Of a stretch of 64,000 bases of DNA, positions 17,796-26,058 are shown in pieces; the first letter of the stretch is position 1; each line of letters starts with the position of its first letter. The stretch covers positions 389 through 64,388 of the forward strand of contig JBHPEK010000002.1 in assembly GCA_042577045.1 (NCBI GenBank). The letters run 5' to 3'. The notes below the pieces were generated by a model. That model had not been told where the DNA came from. It did no database searches and was given only the letters and a program-made list of their open reading frames with translations. The stretch comes from Patescibacteria group bacterium. Lineage in GTDB: Bacteria > Patescibacteriota > Minisyncoccia > JAHISW01 > Tagabacteraceae. Made by a program: the position numbers and the translations under genes.

Positions 17796-19304
17796 TTAGT
17801 AATTCATTATCAATACCTCGCTTACTTTACCTCTTTTGTCAGCTTTACAGTTGAGCGATCTGTTGGATTCTACTTTTTCAATTTTATAATCCTTATAAAG
17901 AGTATTTATAAATTTGCAGTTGGAATTAGAAAGCATTATTTTTACTCCTTTTTTAGTAAGTTTGTTTATTAAGGTCTTTAAGCGTTCCTGATCCTCTTTA
18001 AAAAATTTTTCTTTTGTATATCGAGTAAAATTAGAATATTCCGAAATTGGATGATAGGGCGGATCAAGATAAACAAAATCGTCCTTTTTGGCTCCCTGAA
18101 GTGTTTTTTCAAAATCATCACATTTTATATCAGCCTCTTTAAGAATTTTGCTATCAGCTTTTATTGTTCCTTCGTCGCATATTAATCGATTTAAAGAACT
18201 ACCGATTGGAACATTGAATTGACTTTTTTTATTAACGCGATAAACACCATTAAACCCTGCTTGATTTAAATAAATCATGCGAGCAGCAATCTCTGCACTG
18301 TTTAATTCGTTGAAAATATTTATCTCGCGATCGAGTACACGAATTTTCATATATAATTCTTTTGAATGACGCTTTTTTAATTCTTTCAATAATTTAATTA
18401 CTTCTTCTGGATTGTCTCTAATTCCTTCGCAGGTCTTAATAAGTTCTAAGTTATTATCGTTGAGAACGGCCTTGTTTGGTTTTAAGTAAAAATACATTGC
18501 TCCGCCTCCCAAAAAGGGTTCATAAAAAGTATTGAATTTTGTGGGGAGAAATTTTTTGTATTGAGAAATCATTCCCCGTTTTCCTCCAACCCATTGAAGA
18601 AATGGCTTAATTTCTTTTTTTGTATCACTGGTTATTCTTCTCGCATGACTTGTGTAAGGGAATCGATAAATAATGTCTGCGAGTATTTCGATTTCATCTT
18701 TTTTAATTTCGAGGTTTCTAATTATGTTTATTACCACACCTCTTATTTCCACATCGGTTCTAAAGAAGGGGAGCATGGCTTGATTCATTGGCTGGAGTCT
18801 GATTCTGTCTTTTTCTTTGTATATTTTTTTTAGCGTTGCTTGGTTGTTGTCAATAATGGCCACAACTGTCTGGCCGTTATCTGCAGTTTTTTGTTCTTTA
18901 ATTACGACTGTGTCTCCGTCAAAAATTCCTTCTTCAATCATACTATCGCCCTTAACGCGTAGAGCGTAATGCTTACCCGAAGCGCTTAAGGTATTTTTTG
19001 CTACAGATATTGTTTCGCCAGGAATTTCTATGGCTTCTATTGGTTCACCAGCCGAGATGGTTCCAAGTAGTGGAATTTCTAGGATTGTTTTTGTTTCCAT
19101 TAGTTCAATAGATCGGGCGTGGCCTTTATTTTGTTTGATGTAGCCCTTTGTATCCAAAGCAGAAAGATGTTGGTGGACTGTTGGTTTTGATAACTTAAAC
19201 TTTTTTCCTGTTTCCTCGAGAGTAGGAGAGAATCCATTCTTTTCCTGAAAAGATTTTATGAAGTCTAGAACATTTTTTTGCTTCTTGGTAAGTGGTGTTG
19301 TCAT
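17796..19304 (-). CDS. Fusion protein: LexA-like repressor (winged HTH plus S24 peptidase) N-terminal to an E. coli Dam-like N6-adenine methyltransferase.
   Basis: N-terminal part: KQKNVLDFIKSFQEKNGFSPTLEE...SKPTVHQHL (LexA DNA-binding domain), then LLGTISAGEPIEA...RVKGDSMIEEGIFDGDTVVI and ATLKKI (S24 Ser/Lys dyad). C-terminal part: FLQWVGGKRG, EPFLGGGA, LNQAGFNGVYRVN...FNVPIG and YLDPPY, which align with E. coli Dam. Confidence 0.7.
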   Translation of the reverse strand: MTTPLTKKQKNVLDFIKSFQEKNGFSPTLEETGKKFKLSKPTVHQHLSALDTKGYIKQNKGHARSIELMETKTILEIPLLGTISAGEPIEAIEIPGETISVAKNTLSASGKHYALRVKGDSMIEEGIFDGDTVVIKEQKTADNGQTVVAIIDNNQATLKKIYKEKDRIRLQPMNQAMLPFFRTDVEIRGVVINIIRNLEIKKDEIEILADIIYRFPYTSHARRITSDTKKEIKPFLQWVGGKRGMISQYKKFLPTKFNTFYEPFLGGGAMYFYLKPNKAVLNDNNLELIKTCEGIRDNPEEVIKLLKELKKRHSKELYMKIRVLDREINIFNELNSAEIAARMIYLNQAGFNGVYRVNKKSQFNVPIGSSLNRLICDEGTIKADSKILKEADIKCDDFEKTLQGAKKDDFVYLDPPYHPISEYSNFTRYTKEKFFKEDQERLKTLINKLTKKGVKIMLSNSNCKFINTLYKDYKIEKVESNRSLNCKADKRGKVSEVLIMNY

Positions 19305-19456
19305 TTATATTTTTTATCCGCAATGGCATTTGTGGATTTTTGTTTTTATACTATAATTATATCAGATACCTAACAAAATACGAATTTAGAATGTGGGGAT
19401 AAGTATTTAGGTTCGGGTCGATGGTATAAATTATTATTAATTAACAGTAAAAAAAG

Positions 19457-19744
19457 ATGAAAGTAGTTAACATAAACAACACTAGCGACAACACCTGTAG
19501 TTGCGGTAGTTGGCTTGAGCACTGGAAGGATTTTAGTAATCAATCCCTTCCAAGTTGTTGTCCAGAAAAGAGTTGTCCCAACAAGCCTGATGTAGGAGCT
19601 CATGTGCAAAAGGATAGTGTCAATGACAATAATTGGTACATTGTTCCACTTTGCAAAGATTGTAACGCAAAAGCTGGGGGTTCGTTAGAAATTGGAGATG
19701 ATATTGCCTTGGTGGCTGCCAGTGTAAATGAAACTTGTGGTTAA
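19457..19744 (+). CDS. Small Cys-rich hypothetical protein (possible Zn-binding).
   Basis: Contains CSCGSWLEHW...CCPEKSC...PLCKDCN. It is divergent from the LexA-Dam gene. Confidence 0.3.
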   Translation: MKVVNINNTSDNTCSCGSWLEHWKDFSNQSLPSCCPEKSCPNKPDVGAHVQKDSVNDNNWYIVPLCKDCNAKAGGSLEIGDDIALVAASVNETCG

Positions 19745-19864
19745 AGACTGGTTCTTGGAAAACGGATTTTAGTAGATAGAGCTTGAAAGTTCGATGTGTG
19801 TTCAGAGCGGAAGTTTGCACAGAATTGCATACATTGATGGCGATCGAAAAATCCACCTTCTAAT

Positions 19865-19890
19865 AAAAACCACCCTGCGAGGTGGTTTTT
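19865..19890. terminator. Intrinsic terminator (ACCACC-ctgcga-GGTGGT flanked by A/T runs).
   Basis: AAAAACCACCCTGCGAGGTGGTTTTT. Confidence 0.5.
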
Positions 19891-19990
19891 ATGCTAAAAT
19901 AAACCCATGAATTACATATACATACTAATTGCTGGGGGTTTTGGGGTTTATGATTGTAAAGAGAACTAATTTATAGTAGCATTTAGTAAA

Positions 19991-20683
19991 ATGAACAACT
20001 CTGTATCAGTTGTAATTCCAGCTTTGAACGAGGATCAAACCTTAGAAAAAGTGACTGTAAATTTAGATGCTTTTTTAAAAAAAGGTGGTTTTGACTATGA
20101 AATAATAATTGTTGATGATGGCTCAACAGACAAAACTGGTCAAATTGCCGACCAATTGATGTCTCAAAATGAAAGAGTTAGAACACTACACAACACCAAA
20201 AATATGGGCTTTGGTTACGCTTTTAAAAGGGGGATTGAAAATGCTTCAAAGACATGGGCAACTCTTGTTACTGCAGATGATGAAGTAGAAATAGAAGACA
20301 TACCACTTTTTCTTCCCCATGCAGAAAAATCGGATATTATTATTGGCTATATAAACAATAAGTGGATAAGATCAAGGATGCGTAGATTTTTGTCGTGGGG
20401 TTTCAGGACTACCGTAAGAATATTATTTAAAATGAATTTTGAAGGTATCAATGGCATGCCATTCTATAGGGTTTCTGAAGTTAATAAACTAGACATTATG
20501 TCTGACGATTTTAGTATTCAAGCTGAGATTTTAGTTAAAGGAGCTAAGAAAGGTTTGCGGGTTGGTAAGTTCGGGTATCGTATTAAGCCTCGTCTTGCTG
20601 GTGAGGCCAAAGCAACACAACCTAAGCATATATGGAGAGCCCTTGTTTCAACTATGAAGTTGTGGCAGGATATAAAAAAGTAA
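19991..20683 (+). CDS. GT2 family glycosyltransferase (polyprenol-phosphate sugar synthase-like).
   Basis: VSVVIPALNE and IIIVDDGSTDKT motifs. About 230 aa. Confidence 0.7.
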   Translation: MNNSVSVVIPALNEDQTLEKVTVNLDAFLKKGGFDYEIIIVDDGSTDKTGQIADQLMSQNERVRTLHNTKNMGFGYAFKRGIENASKTWATLVTADDEVEIEDIPLFLPHAEKSDIIIGYINNKWIRSRMRRFLSWGFRTTVRILFKMNFEGINGMPFYRVSEVNKLDIMSDDFSIQAEILVKGAKKGLRVGKFGYRIKPRLAGEAKATQPKHIWRALVSTMKLWQDIKK

Positions 20684-20738
20684 ATGTTTTCCGCCGAAGG
20701 CGGACAGGTTTGAAAATAGAATAACGGAGGTTGTAAAC

Positions 20739-21806
20739 ATGAATTTACAGTTATCAGGCAACAAATTACTTTATCACCTTGACGCTTTAAGGAAGTGGCA
20801 AGAAGGTCGGGATTTTTATCCCCTAAATTTAGAGATTGGTCCCACTTCGGCTTGTAATGTTAGGTGTGTTCATTGTTACGTTCAACATCTAGAGCACAAA
20901 CGAGTATATTTACCAGATGATGCTTATCTGAATTTGATTACGGATATTATCACAGCAAAGATTAAAGCGATTGTTTTTTGTGGAACTGGTGAACCTCTTT
21001 TGCACAAGAAAACACCCGAAGCAATAGTTTTGGCTGAACAGGGTGGCATTGATGTTGGCATGATAACAAATGGAACATTGCTTACACCTAGTGTTGCCAA
21101 ACAAATTTTGCCCAAAATGACATGGATGCGTTTCAGCATTTTAGGGATAAAAGAGGAGACATATAATAAGCTTCATGGAATAAAAGGAAAAATATGGGAA
21201 AGGTTATATTCTAATCTGGAAGAAGCTTCTCGCTTGAAAAGAGAGAATGGGTATAAAGTTACTTTCGGCGTTTCCTGTGCTTTAATGCCAGAAAATGGGC
21301 ACGAGATTCATCTAATGGCAAAAAAATTTAGTGATTTAGGTTTTGATTATTTTGTGATTAGACCCGTTGGGCAAGATATGGCACATGCCATAGTTGCAGA
21401 TACGGATCTTTCCAAAAGGTTTGAAAAGGAATTGGAAATGGCTGAAAATTATTCTTCAGACACCTTTAAAGTTGTTGTTAGAAGAGAACTATTTGGTTAT
21501 GAAGAGGATCAGGAAACCAAAAGACATTATGAAAAGTGTTTAGCTCTGCCATTTCTTGCTTGCGTTGATGCCGATGGTTCTTTGTACACCTGCAATGGTC
21601 GTTGGGGGGAAGAAGATTATACTTACGGCAATATTAATCAGAAATCTTTTTTAGATATCTGGAATTCACCCGAACATAAGAAAAAAATGAAGAACTTAAT
21701 GGCTACAACAGATGTTAAAACATGCGGGATTGTATGTCGCCAGAATAGTATGAATGAATTACTCCAGCAAATTTCCGATATTCCCGACCATGTGAATTTC
21801 CTATGA
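20739..21806 (+). CDS. Radical SAM protein with a SPASM/twitch C-terminal domain. Paralog of 11427..12530.
   Basis: CNVRCVHC motif. C-terminal CLALPFLACVDADGSLYTCNG...CGIVCRQ. The stop overlaps the next start. Confidence 0.7.
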   Translation: MNLQLSGNKLLYHLDALRKWQEGRDFYPLNLEIGPTSACNVRCVHCYVQHLEHKRVYLPDDAYLNLITDIITAKIKAIVFCGTGEPLLHKKTPEAIVLAEQGGIDVGMITNGTLLTPSVAKQILPKMTWMRFSILGIKEETYNKLHGIKGKIWERLYSNLEEASRLKRENGYKVTFGVSCALMPENGHEIHLMAKKFSDLGFDYFVIRPVGQDMAHAIVADTDLSKRFEKELEMAENYSSDTFKVVVRRELFGYEEDQETKRHYEKCLALPFLACVDADGSLYTCNGRWGEEDYTYGNINQKSFLDIWNSPEHKKKMKNLMATTDVKTCGIVCRQNSMNELLQQISDIPDHVNFL

Positions 21807-22375
21807 TGAATTTTACTTTTGAACATGTTTCCGGTTCTTGTAAATATCATCGGGATATAGGGCGGGTGTATACTTTTAAAGACTTAGTTCCTGAAGGGCT
21901 TTGTCCGCATGCATACTTTGTTGCTTATCCATATTGCTTGGGTTTATTACATGAGGCAAAGTTTAGCTGGATGAAAAATATAGATGAAAATACAGTAATA
22001 GCTCAATGTCCAGCTCCGTCAAATCCTATTGTTATGAAAATTTGGCGAGACTTAATTCCAAAAGAAAAAAGAAAAACAGACAAGGATGACGACAGATATA
22101 ACATCTTTATTGAACTAGTAGAGAAGTTGGAAGATTCTACAAAAGTTTATAAAAGTTGTCAGAATTGCGCTCAAACAATGAAAGTAGAAAGAAAATGGGA
22201 GTTTAACAAAGGTCAACTTGCTGGTATTTGTCCAGCGGCGTTTAATCAAATGTTTCCCTACCTTGTGGCGCTAGAAAATGGTGGGCATCTTGATTGGCAA
22301 AATAAAGATGGAAGTGTTACATTGCCTTGCCCAGACAATATTAGTAAGGTTAATTTCTTAGTTAAAGTAGTATAG
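21803..22375 (+). CDS. Small Cys-rich protein with a duplicated G-[LI]-C-P-x-A-[FY]...PY motif, translationally coupled to the SPASM radical SAM protein (possibly TIGR04076-like).
   Basis: GLCPHAYFVAYPY and GICPAAFNQMFPY, plus CQNC and LPCP. ATGA overlap with the upstream gene. Confidence 0.4.
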   Translation: MMNFTFEHVSGSCKYHRDIGRVYTFKDLVPEGLCPHAYFVAYPYCLGLLHEAKFSWMKNIDENTVIAQCPAPSNPIVMKIWRDLIPKEKRKTDKDDDRYNIFIELVEKLEDSTKVYKSCQNCAQTMKVERKWEFNKGQLAGICPAAFNQMFPYLVALENGGHLDWQNKDGSVTLPCPDNISKVNFLVKVV

Positions 22376-22390
22376 CACAACGAAATTCAA

Positions 22391-22427
22391 AAAGAGTCAA
22401 CATTGTTTGGCTCTTTTTTTGATGTTA
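22391..22427 (+). repeat. Copy 2 of the 37-nt intergenic element.
   Basis: Identical 37-mer to 11344..11380. Confidence 0.7.
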
Positions 22428-22474
22428 GTTTTAAGCCAAACAGTCTTTGAAAACAAAATAAAGGAGGTTATAAA

Positions 22475-24001
22475 TTGGAAACTGACAAAATTATATCTCT
22501 AGAAAACTTGATTAAAAAATTAGAGTATATTAAAAAAACAGGTGAAAAAATTATCCACTGTCATGGTTGCTTTGATTTGATACATCCTGGCCACATCAAA
22601 CATTTTCAAGCGGCAAAAAAACTTGGAGATATTTTGGTTGTTACGGTTACTTCGGATAGGCTTGTAAATAAGGGGCCGGGACGACCTGTCTTTAATCAAG
22701 ATTTAAGGATGGAGACAGTTGCGGCAATTGGTTGTGTTGATTTCGTAGTCTTAAATGATGATAGTGATTCAGTTAGTTTGATTACAACACTAAAGCCAGA
22801 CTATTTCGTGAAAGATCAAGAGTTTCAAGAAGCAGCTTGGAATGATCCAGAATCTGCTATTTATAGAGAGCGAATTGCCGTTGAGTCAGTTGGTGGAAAA
22901 TTTCATGCTACTACCGAAATACGTTTTAGTTCTAGTCGTCTTTTGGGTGATTTTTTTGGTACTCAATCTGAATCTGCTGTGGGCTTTTTGAGTTCGTTTC
23001 GCGATAGATACGCACCAGAAGAAATTATAGAAAGATTTGAATTGCTGAAGAATTTGAAAGTTTTAGTTATTGGCGATGCTATCATAGATGTTTATTCGTA
23101 TGTTGACCCAATGGGTAAATCCACGAAAGCTAATGATGTTATTGCCTGCAACTATTTATCTGAAGAAACTTTTGCCGGTGGCATAATGGCATGCGCTAAT
23201 CATCTTGCTGGTTTTTGCGAGCAAGTTGATATGTTAACATGTCTTGGAAAAAAAGGGCGTTCTTACCATGATTTTATCGTCAGTAATTTAAAAGATAATG
23301 TGAGTCCTCTTTTTTTGTTCAGAGAGGATGCGCCTACTGTTTGCAAAAGGCGGTTTATAGATGAACCTTTTCTAAACAAAATATTTGAACTTTATTATTT
23401 TGACGATCGCATGGTTTTCGAAGATGTTGAGAATGAAGCGCTAGAGGTGTTGCAGAATATTCAAGATTATGATCTTGTCTTGGTGTCTGACTTTGGTCAT
23501 GGCTTTTTAAGTCCTGAGTTGATTAACTTGATCTGCCAAAAATCTAATTTTTTGGCTCTCAATGTTCAAACCAATACTGGTAATTTTGGTTACAACTTGG
23601 TAACAAAGTATCCTCGAGCAGATTTTGTTTGTATTGATAGGCCGGAAGTTTCTTTGGCCTGTCACAAAAAAGGCGGTAACTACGAAGAAATGCTGTCGTT
23701 TTTGAGAAAAAAATTGAGCTGTCAAAACATAATTATGACTGGTGGACATGAAAGTACTTGGACTCTTGGTCCTGAGGGTTTTGGGCAGGTGCCAATTTTT
23801 TCGTCTAAAGTTGTTGATACTGTTGGTGCTGGGTGTGCTTTTTTATCGGTAGTTTCGCCGTGTGCTTTTTGGGGATGGCCTACCGAATTATTGGCTTTTG
23901 TTGGAAATGTTGTTGGCGCTTTGGCGGTTGGTATTGTTGGCAACCGTTCTTCTGTTGAGCCAAAAGATTTCTTTCGGTTCCTTACTACTCTATTGAAATA
24001 A
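22475..24001 (+). CDS. Bifunctional cytidylyltransferase-like nucleotidyltransferase (N-terminal) plus PfkB-family sugar kinase (C-terminal). HldE-like but with reversed domain order.
   Basis: N-terminal HCHGCFDLIHPGHIKHF...ILVVTVTSD resembles RfaE domain II/TagD. C-terminal VLVIGDAIIDVY and DTVGAGCAF match PfkB motifs. TTG start after AAGGAGG. Confidence 0.65.
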   Translation: METDKIISLENLIKKLEYIKKTGEKIIHCHGCFDLIHPGHIKHFQAAKKLGDILVVTVTSDRLVNKGPGRPVFNQDLRMETVAAIGCVDFVVLNDDSDSVSLITTLKPDYFVKDQEFQEAAWNDPESAIYRERIAVESVGGKFHATTEIRFSSSRLLGDFFGTQSESAVGFLSSFRDRYAPEEIIERFELLKNLKVLVIGDAIIDVYSYVDPMGKSTKANDVIACNYLSEETFAGGIMACANHLAGFCEQVDMLTCLGKKGRSYHDFIVSNLKDNVSPLFLFREDAPTVCKRRFIDEPFLNKIFELYYFDDRMVFEDVENEALEVLQNIQDYDLVLVSDFGHGFLSPELINLICQKSNFLALNVQTNTGNFGYNLVTKYPRADFVCIDRPEVSLACHKKGGNYEEMLSFLRKKLSCQNIIMTGGHESTWTLGPEGFGQVPIFSSKVVDTVGAGCAFLSVVSPCAFWGWPTELLAFVGNVVGALAVGIVGNRSSVEPKDFFRFLTTLLK

Positions 24002-24011
24002 GGAGAATGCA

Positions 24012-25937
24012 ATGAGACAACAAAAGCTACTGGATCTTTTTAAAGAAATTTATTTGATTCGTCGAGTAGAAGAAAGGGTAATTGAACTTGCTAAGGAAGG
24101 ATATGTTAATCCATTGGTTCATTTATCTATTGGGCAAGAGGCTTGTGCCGTTGGTATGTGTCAGGCCTTGAAGCAGATAGATTATGTTTGGAGTAATCAT
24201 AGATGCCATGCTCATTATTTGGCCAAAGGTGGAAATCTTGCGCGGATGTTTGCTGAACTTGCTGGAAAAGAAAACGGTTGTGCTGGTGGGTGGGGAGGTT
24301 CCATGCATTTAGTTGATCCTGCTGTTAATATGATGGGATCGTCCTCAATTGTGGGAAGTAGCATTCCTCTAGCAGCTGGTTCTGCTTTGGCTTCTAAATT
24401 GAGAGAAGATGAGAGGGTTTCTGTTGTTTTTATGGGAGATGGCGCAGTTGAAGAAGGCGCTTTTTGGGAAACACTCAACTTTTCTGTTGTCCACAACTTG
24501 CCGATTATATTTTTCTGTGAGAATAATTTGTATGCCACGCATCTGCATATTTCTAAGCGTCAACCAAAAGGAGAGATTATAGATAGAGTTGGCTCTTTTG
24601 GTATTAAAACTTTTTCTGTTGATGGAAATGATGTGGAGGCAGTTTATCAAAAAGCCACAGAGGCAGTATCTGTTGCCAGAGGTTGCGTTCCAGTTTTTAT
24701 TGAAGCTAAAACTTACAGATGGAGAGAGCATTGGGGTTTTGGCGAGGATGATAGTCTAGGTTATCGGAGTCCCGAAGAAATTGCTAATTGGAAAGAAAAA
24801 TGTCCTATCAAACTTTTGGAAGAAAAAATTCCTTTAAAAGAAATTACTTGTACAAAAAAAGCAATAAGCAAGAAAATTGATCAGGCATGGCTAGGAGCTG
24901 TTACTGAGGAAAATGTTGACATTGTTGCTAAAAAAGAACGAAATTTTACTGTTCACAGTTCAGAAAGGGAATTAAGTTATCGGGAGGCAGTGGAGGAAGC
25001 TTATCTTCAAGCTATGGAGGCAGACCCAGAAGTTTTTCTTTTGGGGGAAGGGGTGGATGGTATTGCTGGTATTTATGGAACCACGCTTCATGCTTTCAGC
25101 AAGTTCGGCCCCAATAGAGTTATTGACACTCCGTTGAGCGAGGTGGCTATTACAGGAATAGCAATTGGTTCGGCTATTGCTGGGATGAGACCAGTTATTA
25201 TGCATCAAAGAATGGATTTTCTTTTACTTGCATTAAGTCAAGTTGTTCACACGGCTGCCTCTTGGAAAAGTATGACTGGTGGCCGGTTAAGTTGTCCGGT
25301 AACCATAAGGGCTTATATTGCCAGAAAGCCTGGCGAAGGAGCCCAGCATACTGGCGCTTGGCACTCTATATTTGGTCATATTCCTGGATTAAAAACAGTA
25401 ATGCCTTCTAATTCTTATGACGTAAAGGGTTTGACTGTCTCTGCAATTTTTGACGATGATCCGGTATTGATTTTAGAACACAGAGACCTGAACGAGAGTA
25501 AATCTCTAGTGCCGGACGGTTTATACAAAGTTCCTATCGGTGAGTCAAGAATTATACGAGAGGGTATGGGTATTACAATTGTTTCTGTCTCAGCGGAAAT
25601 AGAAAAAGTGCTTGAAGCTGCAGGTTCCTTGGGTGAAAAAAATATTTCTGTTGAAGTGATAGATCTTGTAAGCGTAAGGCCAATTGATAAAAGGACAATT
25701 ATTTCTTCGGTTGAAAAAACGGGCAAGTTACTAGTTGTTGATACCGGGTTTCCAACTTATGGTGTTAGCGCTGAAATATGCGCAATAGTTGTAGAAGAAG
25801 TGGGAATGAAGAAGAAGTCAGTTAGAAGGATGGGAACGCTAGAATTCCCTGCGCCAGCATCCAAGTTACTTTTAGGTAATTATCACCCAAGTGTTGGGCA
25901 GATTATTACCACTGTTCTTGAGATGGTCGGAAGTTAA
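24012..25937 (+). CDS. Fused 2-oxoacid dehydrogenase E1 alpha+beta (TPP-dependent, pyruvate-dehydrogenase-E1-like).
   Basis: Alpha part: HLSIGQEA, GCAGGWGGSMHL and MGDGAVEEG (TPP motif). Beta part: SYREAVEEAYLQAMEADPEVFLLGEGV and a transketolase C-like end. Confidence 0.75.
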   Translation: MRQQKLLDLFKEIYLIRRVEERVIELAKEGYVNPLVHLSIGQEACAVGMCQALKQIDYVWSNHRCHAHYLAKGGNLARMFAELAGKENGCAGGWGGSMHLVDPAVNMMGSSSIVGSSIPLAAGSALASKLREDERVSVVFMGDGAVEEGAFWETLNFSVVHNLPIIFFCENNLYATHLHISKRQPKGEIIDRVGSFGIKTFSVDGNDVEAVYQKATEAVSVARGCVPVFIEAKTYRWREHWGFGEDDSLGYRSPEEIANWKEKCPIKLLEEKIPLKEITCTKKAISKKIDQAWLGAVTEENVDIVAKKERNFTVHSSERELSYREAVEEAYLQAMEADPEVFLLGEGVDGIAGIYGTTLHAFSKFGPNRVIDTPLSEVAITGIAIGSAIAGMRPVIMHQRMDFLLLALSQVVHTAASWKSMTGGRLSCPVTIRAYIARKPGEGAQHTGAWHSIFGHIPGLKTVMPSNSYDVKGLTVSAIFDDDPVLILEHRDLNESKSLVPDGLYKVPIGESRIIREGMGITIVSVSAEIEKVLEAAGSLGEKNISVEVIDLVSVRPIDKRTIISSVEKTGKLLVVDTGFPTYGVSAEICAIVVEEVGMKKKSVRRMGTLEFPAPASKLLLGNYHPSVGQIITTVLEMVGS

Positions 25938-25950
25938 TATAAAAAACAAA

Positions 25951-25977
25951 AAGGGATTGCTTCGGCAATCCTTTTTT
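25951..25977 (+). terminator. Intrinsic terminator.
   Basis: AAGGGATTGC-TTCG-GCAATCCTT followed by TTTTTT. Confidence 0.6.
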
Positions 25978-26058
25978 ATTTTGTCAATATTGCCTTGTTT
26001 TTAATGGTTGTGGTAATTTAGATTTAGATAAGAACTTTGAAAAAGGTGGTGATACCGT

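Noticed and set aside
19395-19425. tRNA-like GGTTCG motif (TTAGGTTCGGGTCGATGG).
   Set aside because: No acceptor, D or anticodon-arm complementarity around it. No tRNA could be folded anywhere in the window.
19457-19744. Small Cys-rich ORF considered as an HNH nuclease or Vsr-like repair protein partner of the methyltransferases.
   Set aside because: No His-Asn-His spacing or Vsr motifs are visible. Left as an uncharacterised Cys-rich protein.
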